NCBI GenBank assembly: GCA_046719255.1
Contig: JBDNDG010000001.1
Location: forward strand, 1-56,858
DNA from: Chloroflexaceae bacterium
GTDB lineage: Bacteria; Chloroflexota; Chloroflexia; Chloroflexales; Chloroflexaceae
DNA: 56,858 nt
Reading direction: 5' to 3'
The notes below the pieces were generated by a model that was not told the origin of the DNA, made no database searches, and saw only the letters and a list, made by a program, of their open reading frames with translations. Positions within the stretch are counted from its first letter, which is position 1, and every line of letters starts with the position of its first letter. The translations under genes were made by a program, and so were the position numbers. This document shows, piece by piece, positions 45,478 through 56,262 of the stretch.

Positions 45478-46722
45478 ATGATCTACGATACCCTCATCAT
45501 TGGCGCGGGCGTCGCCGGCCTGGCTGCTGCCCGTGACCTGCAGGCCGCCGGTCAGAGCATCTGCGTGTTGGAGGCCCGCAATCGCGTTGGCGGGCGCATC
45601 GTTACTGACCGCACCTATGGCCCGGTCGAACTTGGCGCCGAGTTCGTTCACGGCGACCGCGCCTGCACCTGGACGGAGATCCGCGCCGCAGGGCTGCGCA
45701 CCCGGCACTGGGGAAATAAGCGTCGTTTTGCCTGCGGCGGGCGCCTGCTCCCTCCCGATGATCCGATCATCGCTCGCACGTACACGCTCTACGAGCTTGC
45801 CAACACCTACACCGGCCCTGAGATCAGCGTGGCCGAACTGCTTGCCGGCCACGCCGCCAGCGGCGATCCCGCCCTCGGGTTTGCCCTGCGCTGGCTCGCC
45901 AACCTCGAAGCCGCCGATCCGGCCCACCTCAGCGCCACCGCGCTCGCAAGTGAGCGCGCGGATAGTCACAACGGCTCCGGCAACTTTCACCTCCTTGATG
46001 GCTACGACTGCCTTACCACGCACATGGCCGTCGGAATACCCGTCCGTCTCAACACCCCCGTCGCGCGCCTGATCTGGCGGCCCGGTGGTGTGGTGGCGCG
46101 CCTGGCACAGGGCGAGGCGCTTGAGGCGCGCCGCGCGCTGATCACCGTGCCCGCCGGGGTGCTCCGCGCCGGACGCCCGGCCTTCGACCCGCCGTTGCCC
46201 GCCGACCGCCTGGCCGCCCTCAGCGCCATCGGCGTGGGGCACGTGACCAAACTCGTCCTCTGGTTCGAACGGCGCTTGTGGCCGGAGTTCAGCGTGCTCA
46301 GCACCGATGGGCAGATCGCCACCTGGTGGCCTGTGCCCGGAGCCCACACGCCGACGCTGATGGGCTATGTCGGCGGGCCGGCGGCCCTCCGCCTGGCCGA
46401 CCGTGGCGAAGCCGGCGCCATCGCCATCGGCCTGGCGGAACTGACAACGCTGTTCGGCAGCGCCGTGCGCTCCGCCTGCCTGGGTGGTCGCCTGGCCGAC
46501 TGGTCGCGCGATCCGTGGAGCCTGGGGGCCTACACCTACAGCCCGGTGGGTATGGTCGGCGCCCGGGCCATCCTGGCCGCGCCCCTCGCCGCAACGCTCT
46601 ACTTCGCCGGTGAAGCCACCGTCACCAGCGGCCATATCGCCACCGTTCACGGCGCCATCGAGAGCGGCCGGCGCGCCGCAGCCGCAATCCTCGCCGATGG
46701 CCCAATTCCAACAAACTTCTAA
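45478..46722 (+). CDS. FAD-dependent amine oxidase
   Basis: Dinucleotide fold 'DTLIIGAGVAGLAAARDL...VLEARNRVGGR' and C-terminal 'YFAGEAT'. Start trimmed to ATG 45478. Confidence 0.8.
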   Translation: MIYDTLIIGAGVAGLAAARDLQAAGQSICVLEARNRVGGRIVTDRTYGPVELGAEFVHGDRACTWTEIRAAGLRTRHWGNKRRFACGGRLLPPDDPIIARTYTLYELANTYTGPEISVAELLAGHAASGDPALGFALRWLANLEAADPAHLSATALASERADSHNGSGNFHLLDGYDCLTTHMAVGIPVRLNTPVARLIWRPGGVVARLAQGEALEARRALITVPAGVLRAGRPAFDPPLPADRLAALSAIGVGHVTKLVLWFERRLWPEFSVLSTDGQIATWWPVPGAHTPTLMGYVGGPAALRLADRGEAGAIAIGLAELTTLFGSAVRSACLGGRLADWSRDPWSLGAYTYSPVGMVGARAILAAPLAATLYFAGEATVTSGHIATVHGAIESGRRAAAAILADGPIPTNF

Positions 46723-46817
46723 CGCGCCGCTAGTGTGCAGCAAGTAAAAACCGGCTACACTACCCACAGATTACGTATGTGGAACCTTCCACGTCTCAAA
46801 GAGGAGGAAGTGAGAAT

Positions 46818-48695
<1,878 letters not shown>

Positions 48696-48734
48696 TCCGC
48701 GACACGCGCACACTCATCGCGCACCGGATGGACA

Positions 48735-48767
48735 GGAGGGTGGGGAACTCGAGGTTCCCCACCCTCC
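48735..48767. terminator. 33-nt near-perfect palindrome (14-bp stem) between convergent dnaK and the SGNH hydrolase gene
   Basis: GGAGGGTGGGGAAC-TCGAG-GTTCCCCACCCTCC. No clear U-tract, so its terminator role is inferred from position only. Confidence 0.45.
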
Positions 48768-48834
48768 TGTGCTTGATGGCCGAGCGTCGCCTGCCCCGGC
48801 GGCGAGGGAGGCGAAGAAACGTATCTGTCGCTCT

Positions 48835-49740
48835 TCAGCGGACGGTCAGGGGCAGAAATGCCCGTGGCGCCGGACCGTAGCCAGTCGCTTCGATGAAGCC
48901 GTAGGCCAGGTTCCAGTGGCCCGATGCACGCGGATGGTAATCAAAGTTGCGTAGCAGATTGGCCGTATCATTGAAGTCGTAGGGAAAACGCACAAAGAGG
49001 AAATAGGCTTCACGACCGCGAAACCGGGTGAAGGCATCCACCACCGGCACGTGGCGCTCCGCGGCAATCTCGGCAACGATCTGGTTGAAGCGTGGCACCT
49101 CCACATCGGTCACAATCGGCTGCTGGTTGGGCGGTAGGAACACAAAGGGCGGCGTGGTCCGAATGGTCAGGCCGGGGTAGGGATTGTAGTAGTTCATCAC
49201 GATCAGGTCGCCGGTACGGCGGCCATCCTCGGTCAGCGCGGCCAGCAACGTATCGAGGATCTGCCCCAGATTGTCGCGCACGAGCGGCAACGTATCGGTG
49301 ATGGTACGTTGCGGATCCTCGCGCCCCAGGAAGGTGTTGACAAGGTCGTTGCCTCCGATGCTCAACGTTACCGGGCTGACCACCCTGCCCGCGGTGCGCT
49401 GCGCCTGGATGAAGGCGACTGCCTGTTCCAGTTGCCCCCCGGGCGCACGTATGCTCGTGGTACTCTCACCGCTCCGGGCCAGCACGGTTAGCGAAATCGG
49501 TCGCGTATAATCGAGCAGCAGGTCAAGATACACCGGATAGCCTGGCAGGCTGCCCTCTTCAGCGGTATTGGCCGGGAACTCGTCGCCGGTAGCCAGCGAA
49601 TCGCCCAGGGCCAGGTACACATCACCAGCACCAACCGGCACACCCGTTGACGGCCACACAGCCCGCACCGATCCGCTCGTAGAGGCGAGCAGGAGCACGA
49701 GTGCGACCCCTGTCAGCCCCAGCAGTACACGGCGAGCCAT
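48835..49740 (-). CDS. secreted SGNH/GDSL-family hydrolase
   Basis: Start trimmed to ATG 49740. Signal peptide, block I 'LALGDSLATG', block III 'SIGGNDL'. Confidence 0.75.
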   Translation of the reverse strand: MARRVLLGLTGVALVLLLASTSGSVRAVWPSTGVPVGAGDVYLALGDSLATGDEFPANTAEEGSLPGYPVYLDLLLDYTRPISLTVLARSGESTTSIRAPGGQLEQAVAFIQAQRTAGRVVSPVTLSIGGNDLVNTFLGREDPQRTITDTLPLVRDNLGQILDTLLAALTEDGRRTGDLIVMNYYNPYPGLTIRTTPPFVFLPPNQQPIVTDVEVPRFNQIVAEIAAERHVPVVDAFTRFRGREAYFLFVRFPYDFNDTANLLRNFDYHPRASGHWNLAYGFIEATGYGPAPRAFLPLTVR

Positions 49741-49800
49741 AACATTGGTCCTTTCTACACCACTCCGGCGATACGTCTTGCAAGCACCGACCGGGGGGCA

Positions 49801-49865
49801 GGCCGAAGCATGCGCCACACAGGGGCGCCCATGCCCGCCACGCGCTGCGGGCGCATGTTTCGGCC
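49801..49865. repeat. long hairpin: 16-bp stem (one G.U) GGCCGAAGCATGCGCC / GGCGCATGTTTCGGCC, 33-nt loop
   Basis: Seen directly. Related to the hairpin at 50076..50139. Confidence 0.8.
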
Positions 49866-49883
49866 CTACGGGGTTGCCCTACC

Positions 49884-49939
49884 GGCCCACCGTCGCCGCC
49901 CGCCCTGCCCGGCCCACCGCGCCGCCCCGTTGCCCCGGG
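49884..49939. repeat. 56-nt C-rich direct repeat, copy 1 (identical to 50202..50257)
   Basis: Exact 56/56 match with a 318-nt period. Contains CCCgCCCtgCCCggCCC at 49899..49915, a G4 motif on the minus strand. Confidence 0.9.
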
Positions 49940-50075
49940 ATGGCGTGGCGTGGTCGCCCCCGCCGCCCGGCCCACCGTCCACCGGGCCATCGCGGCGATA
50001 CCGCATCCCCCGCAGCGTTCCGACATGCCCGACCGACCGGGCCGGCATCGGGCGGACGCGCACCGCCCAGCGTAG

Positions 50076-50139
50076 GGCCGAAGCATTCGCGCCCACCCCC
50101 ACCCCGGGGACGCTGGCCGCGCATGCGAATGCTTCGGCC
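50076..50139. repeat. long hairpin: 15-bp perfect stem GGCCGAAGCATTCGC / GCGAATGCTTCGGCC, 34-nt loop
   Basis: Seen directly. Confidence 0.8.
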
Positions 50140-50201
50140 TGACCCCCGACGGGGCGATGCCACCACCCTGGCGTAGCGCCTATTGCCCCGGGGCGCCCCC
50201 C

Positions 50202-50257
50202 GGCCCACCGTCGCCGCCCGCCCTGCCCGGCCCACCGCGCCGCCCCGTTGCCCCGGG
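50202..50257. repeat. 56-nt C-rich direct repeat, copy 2
   Basis: Identical to 49884..49939. The G4 motif complement is at 50217..50233. Confidence 0.9.
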
Positions 50258-50425
50258 CCGCGCCGCCCCACGGCCCACCGTTGCCTACCGTGGCCGCCCC
50301 TGCGGCCACCCCACAGTATGAACGTCTTTACGGGCGACCGGGTGACGCACAACCGTTGCCGGCAGGGTCAGGGGCGCGCAGGTTTCGCGCAAAACATAAC
50401 GCCAGACCCGGGCAGTTCCAGCACC

Positions 50426-50454
50426 TTGCAGCGAACCAGGCTTTATGGTATACT
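50426..50454 (+). promoter_or_regulatory. sigma70-like promoter TTGCAG-17-TATACT, followed by an AT-rich imperfect palindrome (50470..50500)
   Basis: Seen directly. The patch is strikingly AT-rich for this genome. Confidence 0.5.
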
Positions 50455-50637
50455 CTCATTACTTATAAACAAATATCTTGTTCTTTTTGACAAGAAATAT
50501 TGTCGTTGCTCTCTTCAGCCAGGTAGCGGTTGGTTGGGTCCCCGCAGTACCCGGAGCCACGTGTGGATCTCAAGCTCAACGAGCGCCGTGCTGCAACCGA
50601 GAAGGCCACCAGGGAGGGGTCGCTCAATCCGGAGCGG

Positions 50638-51237
50638 ATGATCCTGACCTACTGGGCGGTCGCCACGCTTGTCGGTAGCCTGGTTCTTTGGGATTGGATC
50701 GGCGCCTGGAACGTTCCGGCCACGCTGCAGGTTCCAGGTCTGCCGATCTACCTGGTACTCACATTTGCGCTCAGCCAGGTGCTCTACCTGCTGGTAGCGC
50801 GCTTCGATGGGCGACCGATCCACTGGGGCGCGACCGCGGTGTTTGCGCTGGGCAACGGTATCGCCGAGACGCTGGCCTTTGGTGTCGTGTACCGCCTCGG
50901 GGAAACCATCGGCGCCGGCATAGTGGGCCTGTTCCTGCCGTCGCTGGCCAGTTTTGCTGGCTTCCTGCTGGGTGTGGTGTGTTTCGTGGTGTACGGTGGG
51001 TTGATCCATGGCTTCTTCTGGTTGCAGATGTTGCCACCCCACCTCGACGACTCGCCCCGCTCGCGCAAGATCCGTAAACTGCGTCCGATGGCCGAAGTAG
51101 CGCTGGTGCTGGGGTGGAGCCTCTGCTTCTGGCTGACGCGCGATCTCTGGACGGTGGCCTTTTTCCACATCCTGGTTGACATCGGGTTGATGCTCAAAGT
51201 GCGTCCGCCGATCTTCGGCGCGCGCAGCGCTGGCTAG
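50638..51237 (+). CDS. polytopic membrane protein, weak CPBP/Abi-like motif resemblance
   Basis: ATG 50638 after GGAGCGG; the track start 50530 is the alternative. 5-6 TM helices. 'IAETLAFGVVYR', 'GLIHGFFW' and 'FHILVD' loosely recall CPBP motifs 1-3. Confidence 0.5.
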   Translation: MILTYWAVATLVGSLVLWDWIGAWNVPATLQVPGLPIYLVLTFALSQVLYLLVARFDGRPIHWGATAVFALGNGIAETLAFGVVYRLGETIGAGIVGLFLPSLASFAGFLLGVVCFVVYGGLIHGFFWLQMLPPHLDDSPRSRKIRKLRPMAEVALVLGWSLCFWLTRDLWTVAFFHILVDIGLMLKVRPPIFGARSAG

Positions 51238-51452
51238 GCCGTCAACCCGATTGTGATGGATCGTGTTTTTCGGGGAGGGCTTCGCCCTCCCACACCCCCT
51301 CCCGTTGCCTTCCCCACTACCATTGTGACAGATCAGGTCCTCAGCATACATCCGCCGGCCTCCTGGCTCCGTAAGGAAAGTGTGTGCAAAATCTTTGAAA
51401 ATCCTTTGCACACGATAAGTCACCTGACAGATGGAGACTGAGGAGGTACCCT

Positions 51453-52241
51453 GTGAACGTTCTGACCCTGGCCTGGCGCCCGCTGCTGGCCATCGTACTG
51501 GTGCTGGCGCTTGTTCCGGCTGTGTTCGCACAGAGTGGCACGGCGAAGGTGCGGGTGATCCACGCCTCGCCCGATGCTCCAGCGGTTGATGTGTTTGTCA
51601 ACGGCAACCGCACCCTGACAAACGTCCCCTTCTTTACCGCCAGTGACTACCTGGATCTTGCCCCCGGCAGCTACCGGCTGCAGATCGCCCCGACCGGTCA
51701 GCCTGCCAGTGCGGCAGTGATTGACGCCACGGCGACCTTCCAGGCGGGCAAGGCCTACAGTGTTGCCGCCACCGGTCCGGTCGCCCAGATCAAGCCGACG
51801 GTGATCGAAGACAACCTGAGCGCACCAGCGAGCGGAAACGCCAAGGTGCGCGTGTACCACTTCTCGCCCGATGCGCCCGCAGTTGACGTCAAGGTAGCCA
51901 ACGGCGCGACGCTGATCTCGAGCCTGCCCTTCCCGAACGCCAGCGCCTACCTCGAGGTTCCGGCCGGCACCTACAACCTGCAAGTCACCCCTGCCGGTGG
52001 AAGTGCGGTGGTGATTGACCTCGCCAACACGACCCTGGAGGCGGGCAAGATCTACAGTGTCTTCGCGACCAACGTTGTTGCTCAGATCACCCCCCAGGTG
52101 GCCGTAACCACGCCTGTCGCCACGCCAGGCACCCTGCCTGCCACCTCCGAGGGCGCGAGCGTGCCCCTGGCCATGCTGGCGGGTGTGGCAGTGGCACTCA
52201 TCGCCCTGGCCGCACTGCTGCGCCGCCGCGCCGCGCTCTAA
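51453..52241 (+). CDS. secreted DUF4397-like repeat protein with C-terminal sorting-signal-like tail
   Basis: GTG lies 6 nt after AGGAGG. Signal peptide, and three repeats of 'AKVRV(I/Y)H(A/F)SPDAPAVDV'-type units. The tail is 'LPATSEG' + 20 hydrophobic residues + 'RRRAAL'. Confidence 0.65.
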   Translation: MNVLTLAWRPLLAIVLVLALVPAVFAQSGTAKVRVIHASPDAPAVDVFVNGNRTLTNVPFFTASDYLDLAPGSYRLQIAPTGQPASAAVIDATATFQAGKAYSVAATGPVAQIKPTVIEDNLSAPASGNAKVRVYHFSPDAPAVDVKVANGATLISSLPFPNASAYLEVPAGTYNLQVTPAGGSAVVIDLANTTLEAGKIYSVFATNVVAQITPQVAVTTPVATPGTLPATSEGASVPLAMLAGVAVALIALAALLRRRAAL

Positions 52242-52342
52242 GCCGCGCCCGGCGCATCCGGTCAACAACCTGGCGGGTGCGGCAGCGCGGTATGCCGGTA
52301 ATCAGGCAGATGCCGGCGTTGCCGCACCTGAGGTGAACATGT

Positions 52343-52405
52343 GGGGAAACCGGGTTTCCCCACGTCCCGCCCTGAGGGGAGGATCTGGGAGGGCTGCGCC
52401 CTCCC
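52343..52405. repeat. composite repeat (A 52343..52361, C hairpin, B 52387..52405)
   Basis: Seen directly. Followed by a 'ttcattcgggcgttgtgcgcc' module. Confidence 0.9.
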
Positions 52406-52657
52406 AGGAATTTTTTTCATTCGGGCGTTGTGCGCCCCGCGAATGGCGCCTGACAGGTTGGCAACGTGTCCAGCCGGATGCGTCGCTTACCCGTCCGCCT
52501 CCGGCAATGGAGTGTGGGGCGACTCCGCCGCCCCACGCGATTGTATTATTCGTTCTGGCAGCCCCGCCCGCCAGCATGAATGAACCATGAAAGGAGCGAG
52601 GTTTGGGCTTGCTCCAACGACGTTGCGCCAGCCCTACGTGTTAAAGGATTAATTTTC

Positions 52658-52686
52658 TTGACACATGTTCGACATCGTGTTAGTAT
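52658..52686 (+). promoter_or_regulatory. near-consensus sigma70 promoter TTGACA-17-TAGTAT
   Basis: Seen directly in a low-GC patch, ~190 nt upstream of the GTG at 52879. Confidence 0.55.
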
Positions 52687-52878
52687 TCGTCAGATAGAGG
52701 GTTTTACCTTCAATCAAGGTTTGGCGTTGCACCTCATTAGCTTTGTCATCTAAGGATAGGGGGCAACCCCGACTTCCCCTATCCCCTGCCCGCAGCGAGG
52801 GTTGGTGAAGGCGCAGCCCGCCGCAGCCCCCTGTTCGCAGCAAGGGTCGGTGAGGGCACAGCCATAAAGTGAGCAACC

Positions 52879-53580
52879 GTGCGTCGCACGCCTGGAGAGA
52901 CATGTTTCGCGCGCTCGCTCGATTTCTGGCGTGGAGGTAGCGGTCGAACTGTACGTCTGGCGGTTATAATTGTGGCCGTTGTGGCCCTCAGCGGATGCAT
53001 GGAGGCCCTTCAGGGTGACGGTAGCGGTAGTCAGGCGCCACCTGCCGCTGCGATAGCCTCACCCCGGCCGTTCCAGACACAGGGCGTGTCTGCCATGCCT
53101 ACGGCCGTGGGTAGTATGTCGCCCGATCCGGCAACGGCTGCGCCTTCTCCGACCCCGCTGGCGGCGGCGAATCTACCCGCAGCGCCTGTGGGGGCTCTCG
53201 GGGTTACCGCGGCGCCTCCGCTGACTATCCCGCCAACGCCGGAACGCTCAAATGAGCAGAAGTGGCGGGAGCAACAGGCGGATCGCCAGGTGCTCGACCC
53301 ACCGCACCTGTATACGACGAGCGTTGCTGAGTTACGCTGGTACGACCCGCTCACCCAGCAGCATCTTGTGCTGGGGCGCATCAGCGGCGATTTTCTGGTG
53401 CAGGCGACGTTTGTGCTCCGCACTCAAGGGATGCCGGCCCTGGAAGTGCCGTATCGGATCAATGTCAGTTACGGGCTGACCGCCCTGTCACCGGCGCACA
53501 TCGAGCGCCTTAGAGCCGCCGGATACGTTGATTGGGTCGAGACGTATGTGCTCGCTTCCCCCGAGGTCCGTCCACGCTGA
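52879..53580 (+). CDS. lipoprotein of unknown function with Pro/Ala-rich linker
   Basis: 233-aa ORF, lipobox 'ALSGC'. The GTG start is uncertain. Confidence 0.55.
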   Translation: MRRTPGETCFARSLDFWRGGSGRTVRLAVIIVAVVALSGCMEALQGDGSGSQAPPAAAIASPRPFQTQGVSAMPTAVGSMSPDPATAAPSPTPLAAANLPAAPVGALGVTAAPPLTIPPTPERSNEQKWREQQADRQVLDPPHLYTTSVAELRWYDPLTQQHLVLGRISGDFLVQATFVLRTQGMPALEVPYRINVSYGLTALSPAHIERLRAAGYVDWVETYVLASPEVRPR

Positions 53581-54539
53581 AGCGCTACTCGATTGGCGAG
53601 CGGCAGGTCGGGTCGCTGCTCGTCTGGAAGGGTTGCCTGAATGTGAGCAGCAGATACCTTGACGTTATTCGTGGTCAACGCCGCCGGGGCGGCTGGCAGT
53701 TTTCCGCCAAGACGCTGCTGGCCATCCTCGCCGTCATTGCGATGCTCGGCTCCGCAGTGTACTGGTGGGGCGTTCAGAGCCAGTTGACCAGCAACTGGAT
53801 CGTGGCCGCAGCCTTTACCGCCATTCTCGTGCTCGCACCCCCGAGCCTGACCTCGTTCCTCATCCCCTGGTCGCCCGGGGGTATGTTGCTGCAACGCATT
53901 AATGCACGGACAATTGGCTACACGGTGGTTATCGGCGCTGCCCTGTACCTCCTGTACTACTCCTTCGAGATCCAGTACTCCTGGTGGGCCGCCCAGGCAG
54001 CCGTGGCTGAAACTGGCCTGATCCTGCAACAGGTGATCATCGGTATCATCGGGTTTATTATTATCCCCGCCTTGCTCTGGACGCCAGTGACCAGCGAGGA
54101 GCTGTTCGAGCAGGTGCGCCAGGCCCATCTGGTGCGTCGCTACGAGTTGCAAACTCAGGCCGACATTGCAATTCTGCGCGCTACCTTGCTGCGCGCTCAG
54201 GAAAAGACGCTGCGCGGCTTCGCCAACCTCACCATCCAGGAACGCGAAGAACTGGCCGGGGTGATGCGCGGCCTGGTAAAGGGGATCGACCAGACGCTCC
54301 GGGACATCAGCGAATCGGTCAGGACTGTCAGCGGTGCAACTATTCCGTTCAGTTCATTAGAGGATAACGAAGACATTCGCGGCTATCTCGAGTATATCAG
54401 CGAGAGCCTTACCGAGAGCACACTCCTGTCCCACTCCGGCGGCCAGGCCGAATCGCGGTCGGTGCAGGCCTACGATGATCAGCGCTTCGACGACTCCGGC
54501 TATGAGGGCCAGCGCCTGCGCCCTGGCCGCTCGTGGTAA
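53532..54539 (+). CDS. 4-TM membrane protein with cytoplasmic coiled-coil C-terminus, unknown function
   Basis: 335-aa ORF. A more likely start is GTG 53643, just before the first TM helix. The C-terminus is 'RRYELQTQADIAILRATLLRAQEKTLRG', coiled-coil-like. Confidence 0.55.
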   Translation: MGRDVCARFPRGPSTLKRYSIGERQVGSLLVWKGCLNVSSRYLDVIRGQRRRGGWQFSAKTLLAILAVIAMLGSAVYWWGVQSQLTSNWIVAAAFTAILVLAPPSLTSFLIPWSPGGMLLQRINARTIGYTVVIGAALYLLYYSFEIQYSWWAAQAAVAETGLILQQVIIGIIGFIIIPALLWTPVTSEELFEQVRQAHLVRRYELQTQADIAILRATLLRAQEKTLRGFANLTIQEREELAGVMRGLVKGIDQTLRDISESVRTVSGATIPFSSLEDNEDIRGYLEYISESLTESTLLSHSGGQAESRSVQAYDDQRFDDSGYEGQRLRPGRSW

Positions 54540-54548
54540 TCGCCGGCT

Positions 54549-54857
54549 ATGCCCCTAACCCGTAGCAACGCTTGTATCGGCACCTACATCAGGATGCAGC
54601 CTGGCGCCTCTATGGACAGCTACCACTTCAGCACCAGCCGACGCCTTTCCGAACGCGACCTGTTCGATCTTGCCGATGCTCTGGCCCTGCACCTCCACGA
54701 GACGCTGGGTTCGCGGGTTTACCTGCTCGCGCGCGCCGATGTTGCCCAGCTTATTGAGCAGTTTGTTGATGACCTGCTGATCGAAGATCAGCAAGATGTC
54801 GCCTGGATCGTCTGGCATCTCTTCCAGGAGGCCTGCGAGTGGGAACTGCGCGGGTAG
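54549..54857 (+). CDS. small acidic hypothetical protein
   Basis: 102-aa ORF. Alternative starts are 54594 and 54612. It overlaps the nadD start by 19 nt, suggesting co-transcription. Confidence 0.4.
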   Translation: MPLTRSNACIGTYIRMQPGASMDSYHFSTSRRLSERDLFDLADALALHLHETLGSRVYLLARADVAQLIEQFVDDLLIEDQQDVAWIVWHLFQEACEWELRG

Positions 54858-55489
54858 ACGCCGCTGCTGAACCTATCCGCGTGGGCATCTACGGCGGCAC
54901 GTTCGATCCGATCCACATCGGGCACCTGGCGATTGCCGAAGAGGTGCGCTGGGCCCTCGCGCTCCAGCAGGTGCGCTTCGTTCCCGCCGCCCACCAGCCG
55001 CTCAAAGGTGCCTTGCCCGGCGCGCCCCCTGCTCAGCGCCTGGCAATGATCGGCCTGGCCTGTGCCGATAATCCCGCCTTTGTCCCCGATGACATCGAGC
55101 TGCGCCGCCCACCACCCTCGTATACCGTTGAAACCCTCGAGCACCTGCGCGCGCGCTTTGGCTCCGCCGTTGAACTCTGGTTCATCGTAGGCGCCGATGC
55201 CGCCTGCGATCTGCCCCGCTGGCGCCGCGTCGCCGACGTGGTGACCCTCGCCCGCCTCGCCATCGTCGGACGTCCGGGCCATACCTTCGATCCCCTCGCC
55301 TTCGAACGGGCCGTGCCGGCGGGCGCCGGACGCTATGTCCTTCTCGACGGCCCGTACCTCGATCTCTCCAGCACCGCCATCCGCCGCCGTATTGCCACCG
55401 GCCGACCGGTGCGCTACCTGGTGCCTGAGGCGGTTCGCCAGTACATCACCGACCACGGCCTCTACCGCGAGGATCCCAGCCATGGCTGA
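54839..55489 (+). CDS. nadD: nicotinate-nucleotide adenylyltransferase
   Basis: GTG lies 7 nt after GGAGG. Motifs 'GIYGGTFDPIHIGH' (HxGH) and 'ISSTAIRRR' (ISSTxxR). Confidence 0.9.
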   Translation: MGTARVDAAAEPIRVGIYGGTFDPIHIGHLAIAEEVRWALALQQVRFVPAAHQPLKGALPGAPPAQRLAMIGLACADNPAFVPDDIELRRPPPSYTVETLEHLRARFGSAVELWFIVGADAACDLPRWRRVADVVTLARLAIVGRPGHTFDPLAFERAVPAGAGRYVLLDGPYLDLSSTAIRRRIATGRPVRYLVPEAVRQYITDHGLYREDPSHG

Positions 55490-56198
55490 CCCCGCCGAAC
55501 GGCTCCTGGCCGAGACCGCCGCGGCCTGGGGATTGCCCCTCAACCCCGCCCAACTCCACCAGTTCGCGATCTACACCGACGAACTGCTCGCCTGGAACGC
55601 CCACACCAACCTCACCGCTATTACCGACCGCCCGGCAATCTACGTGCGCCATTTTCTCGACTCGCTGGCGCTGGCCCGTTTCTGGGGTCCTCCACCGGCA
55701 ACCCTGGTTGATATCGGCACCGGCGCCGGTTTTCCCGGCGTGCTGCTGAAGATCCTTCACCCCGCCCTGGCGCTGACCCTGGTCGAGTCGGTGGGCAAGA
55801 AGACCGCCTTTCTGAACCATCTCGTCGGCGTCCTGGGGCTGGAGCAGGTGCGCGTCGTCACCGCTCGCGCCGAGGCTCTCGGGCGCGATCCGGGGGAACG
55901 GGAACACTACGATGTGGCCACGGCTCGCGCGGTGGCCGACTTGCGAGTGCTGGCCGAATACGCCCTGCCACTTCTGCGCGTCGGTGGCCTGTTGCTGGCC
56001 CCCAAGGGCGCCGACGCGGCCCGGGAAATCGAAGCGGCGCACCGGGCGGTGACCATCCTCGGCGGAACGATCGAGCAGGTGGTTCCGATTGAACTACCGG
56101 GCGTCGAGCCCCGCACCCTGGTGGTGGCGCGAAAAGTGGCGCCCACGGACCTGCGCTACCCGCGCCCCGTCGGCACGCCCGCCCGACGCCCGCTGTGA
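55482..56198 (+). CDS. rsmG: 16S rRNA (guanine527-N7)-methyltransferase
   Basis: Start trimmed to ATG 55482, an 8-nt overlap with nadD. Motifs 'NLTAITD...RHFLDSL', 'DIGTGAGFPG' and 'ESVGKK'. Confidence 0.9.
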   Translation: MADPAERLLAETAAAWGLPLNPAQLHQFAIYTDELLAWNAHTNLTAITDRPAIYVRHFLDSLALARFWGPPPATLVDIGTGAGFPGVLLKILHPALALTLVESVGKKTAFLNHLVGVLGLEQVRVVTARAEALGRDPGEREHYDVATARAVADLRVLAEYALPLLRVGGLLLAPKGADAAREIEAAHRAVTILGGTIEQVVPIELPGVEPRTLVVARKVAPTDLRYPRPVGTPARRPL

Positions 56199-56262
56199 GG
56201 ACCTCACCGGGTTACGCGACCTGTGGGACGTTACCTCGGCCCTGCGTATTGTCAGCTCCTGG

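Noticed and set aside
46721-46817. A CIRCE (HrcA) or HAIR (HspR) operator upstream of dnaK.
   Set aside because: Neither TTAGCACTC-N9-GAGTGCTAA nor CTTGAGT-N7-ACTCAAG is present. Only a weak 6-bp inverted repeat (TAGTGT..ACACTA) was seen.
49866-50352. Gly/Arg/Ala-rich minus-strand ORFs (147 and 157 aa) across the duplicated module.
   Set aside because: Their sequence is dictated by the C-rich or G-rich repeat. They are overlapping alternative frames, have no start context, and show the composition typical of non-coding GC-rich DNA.
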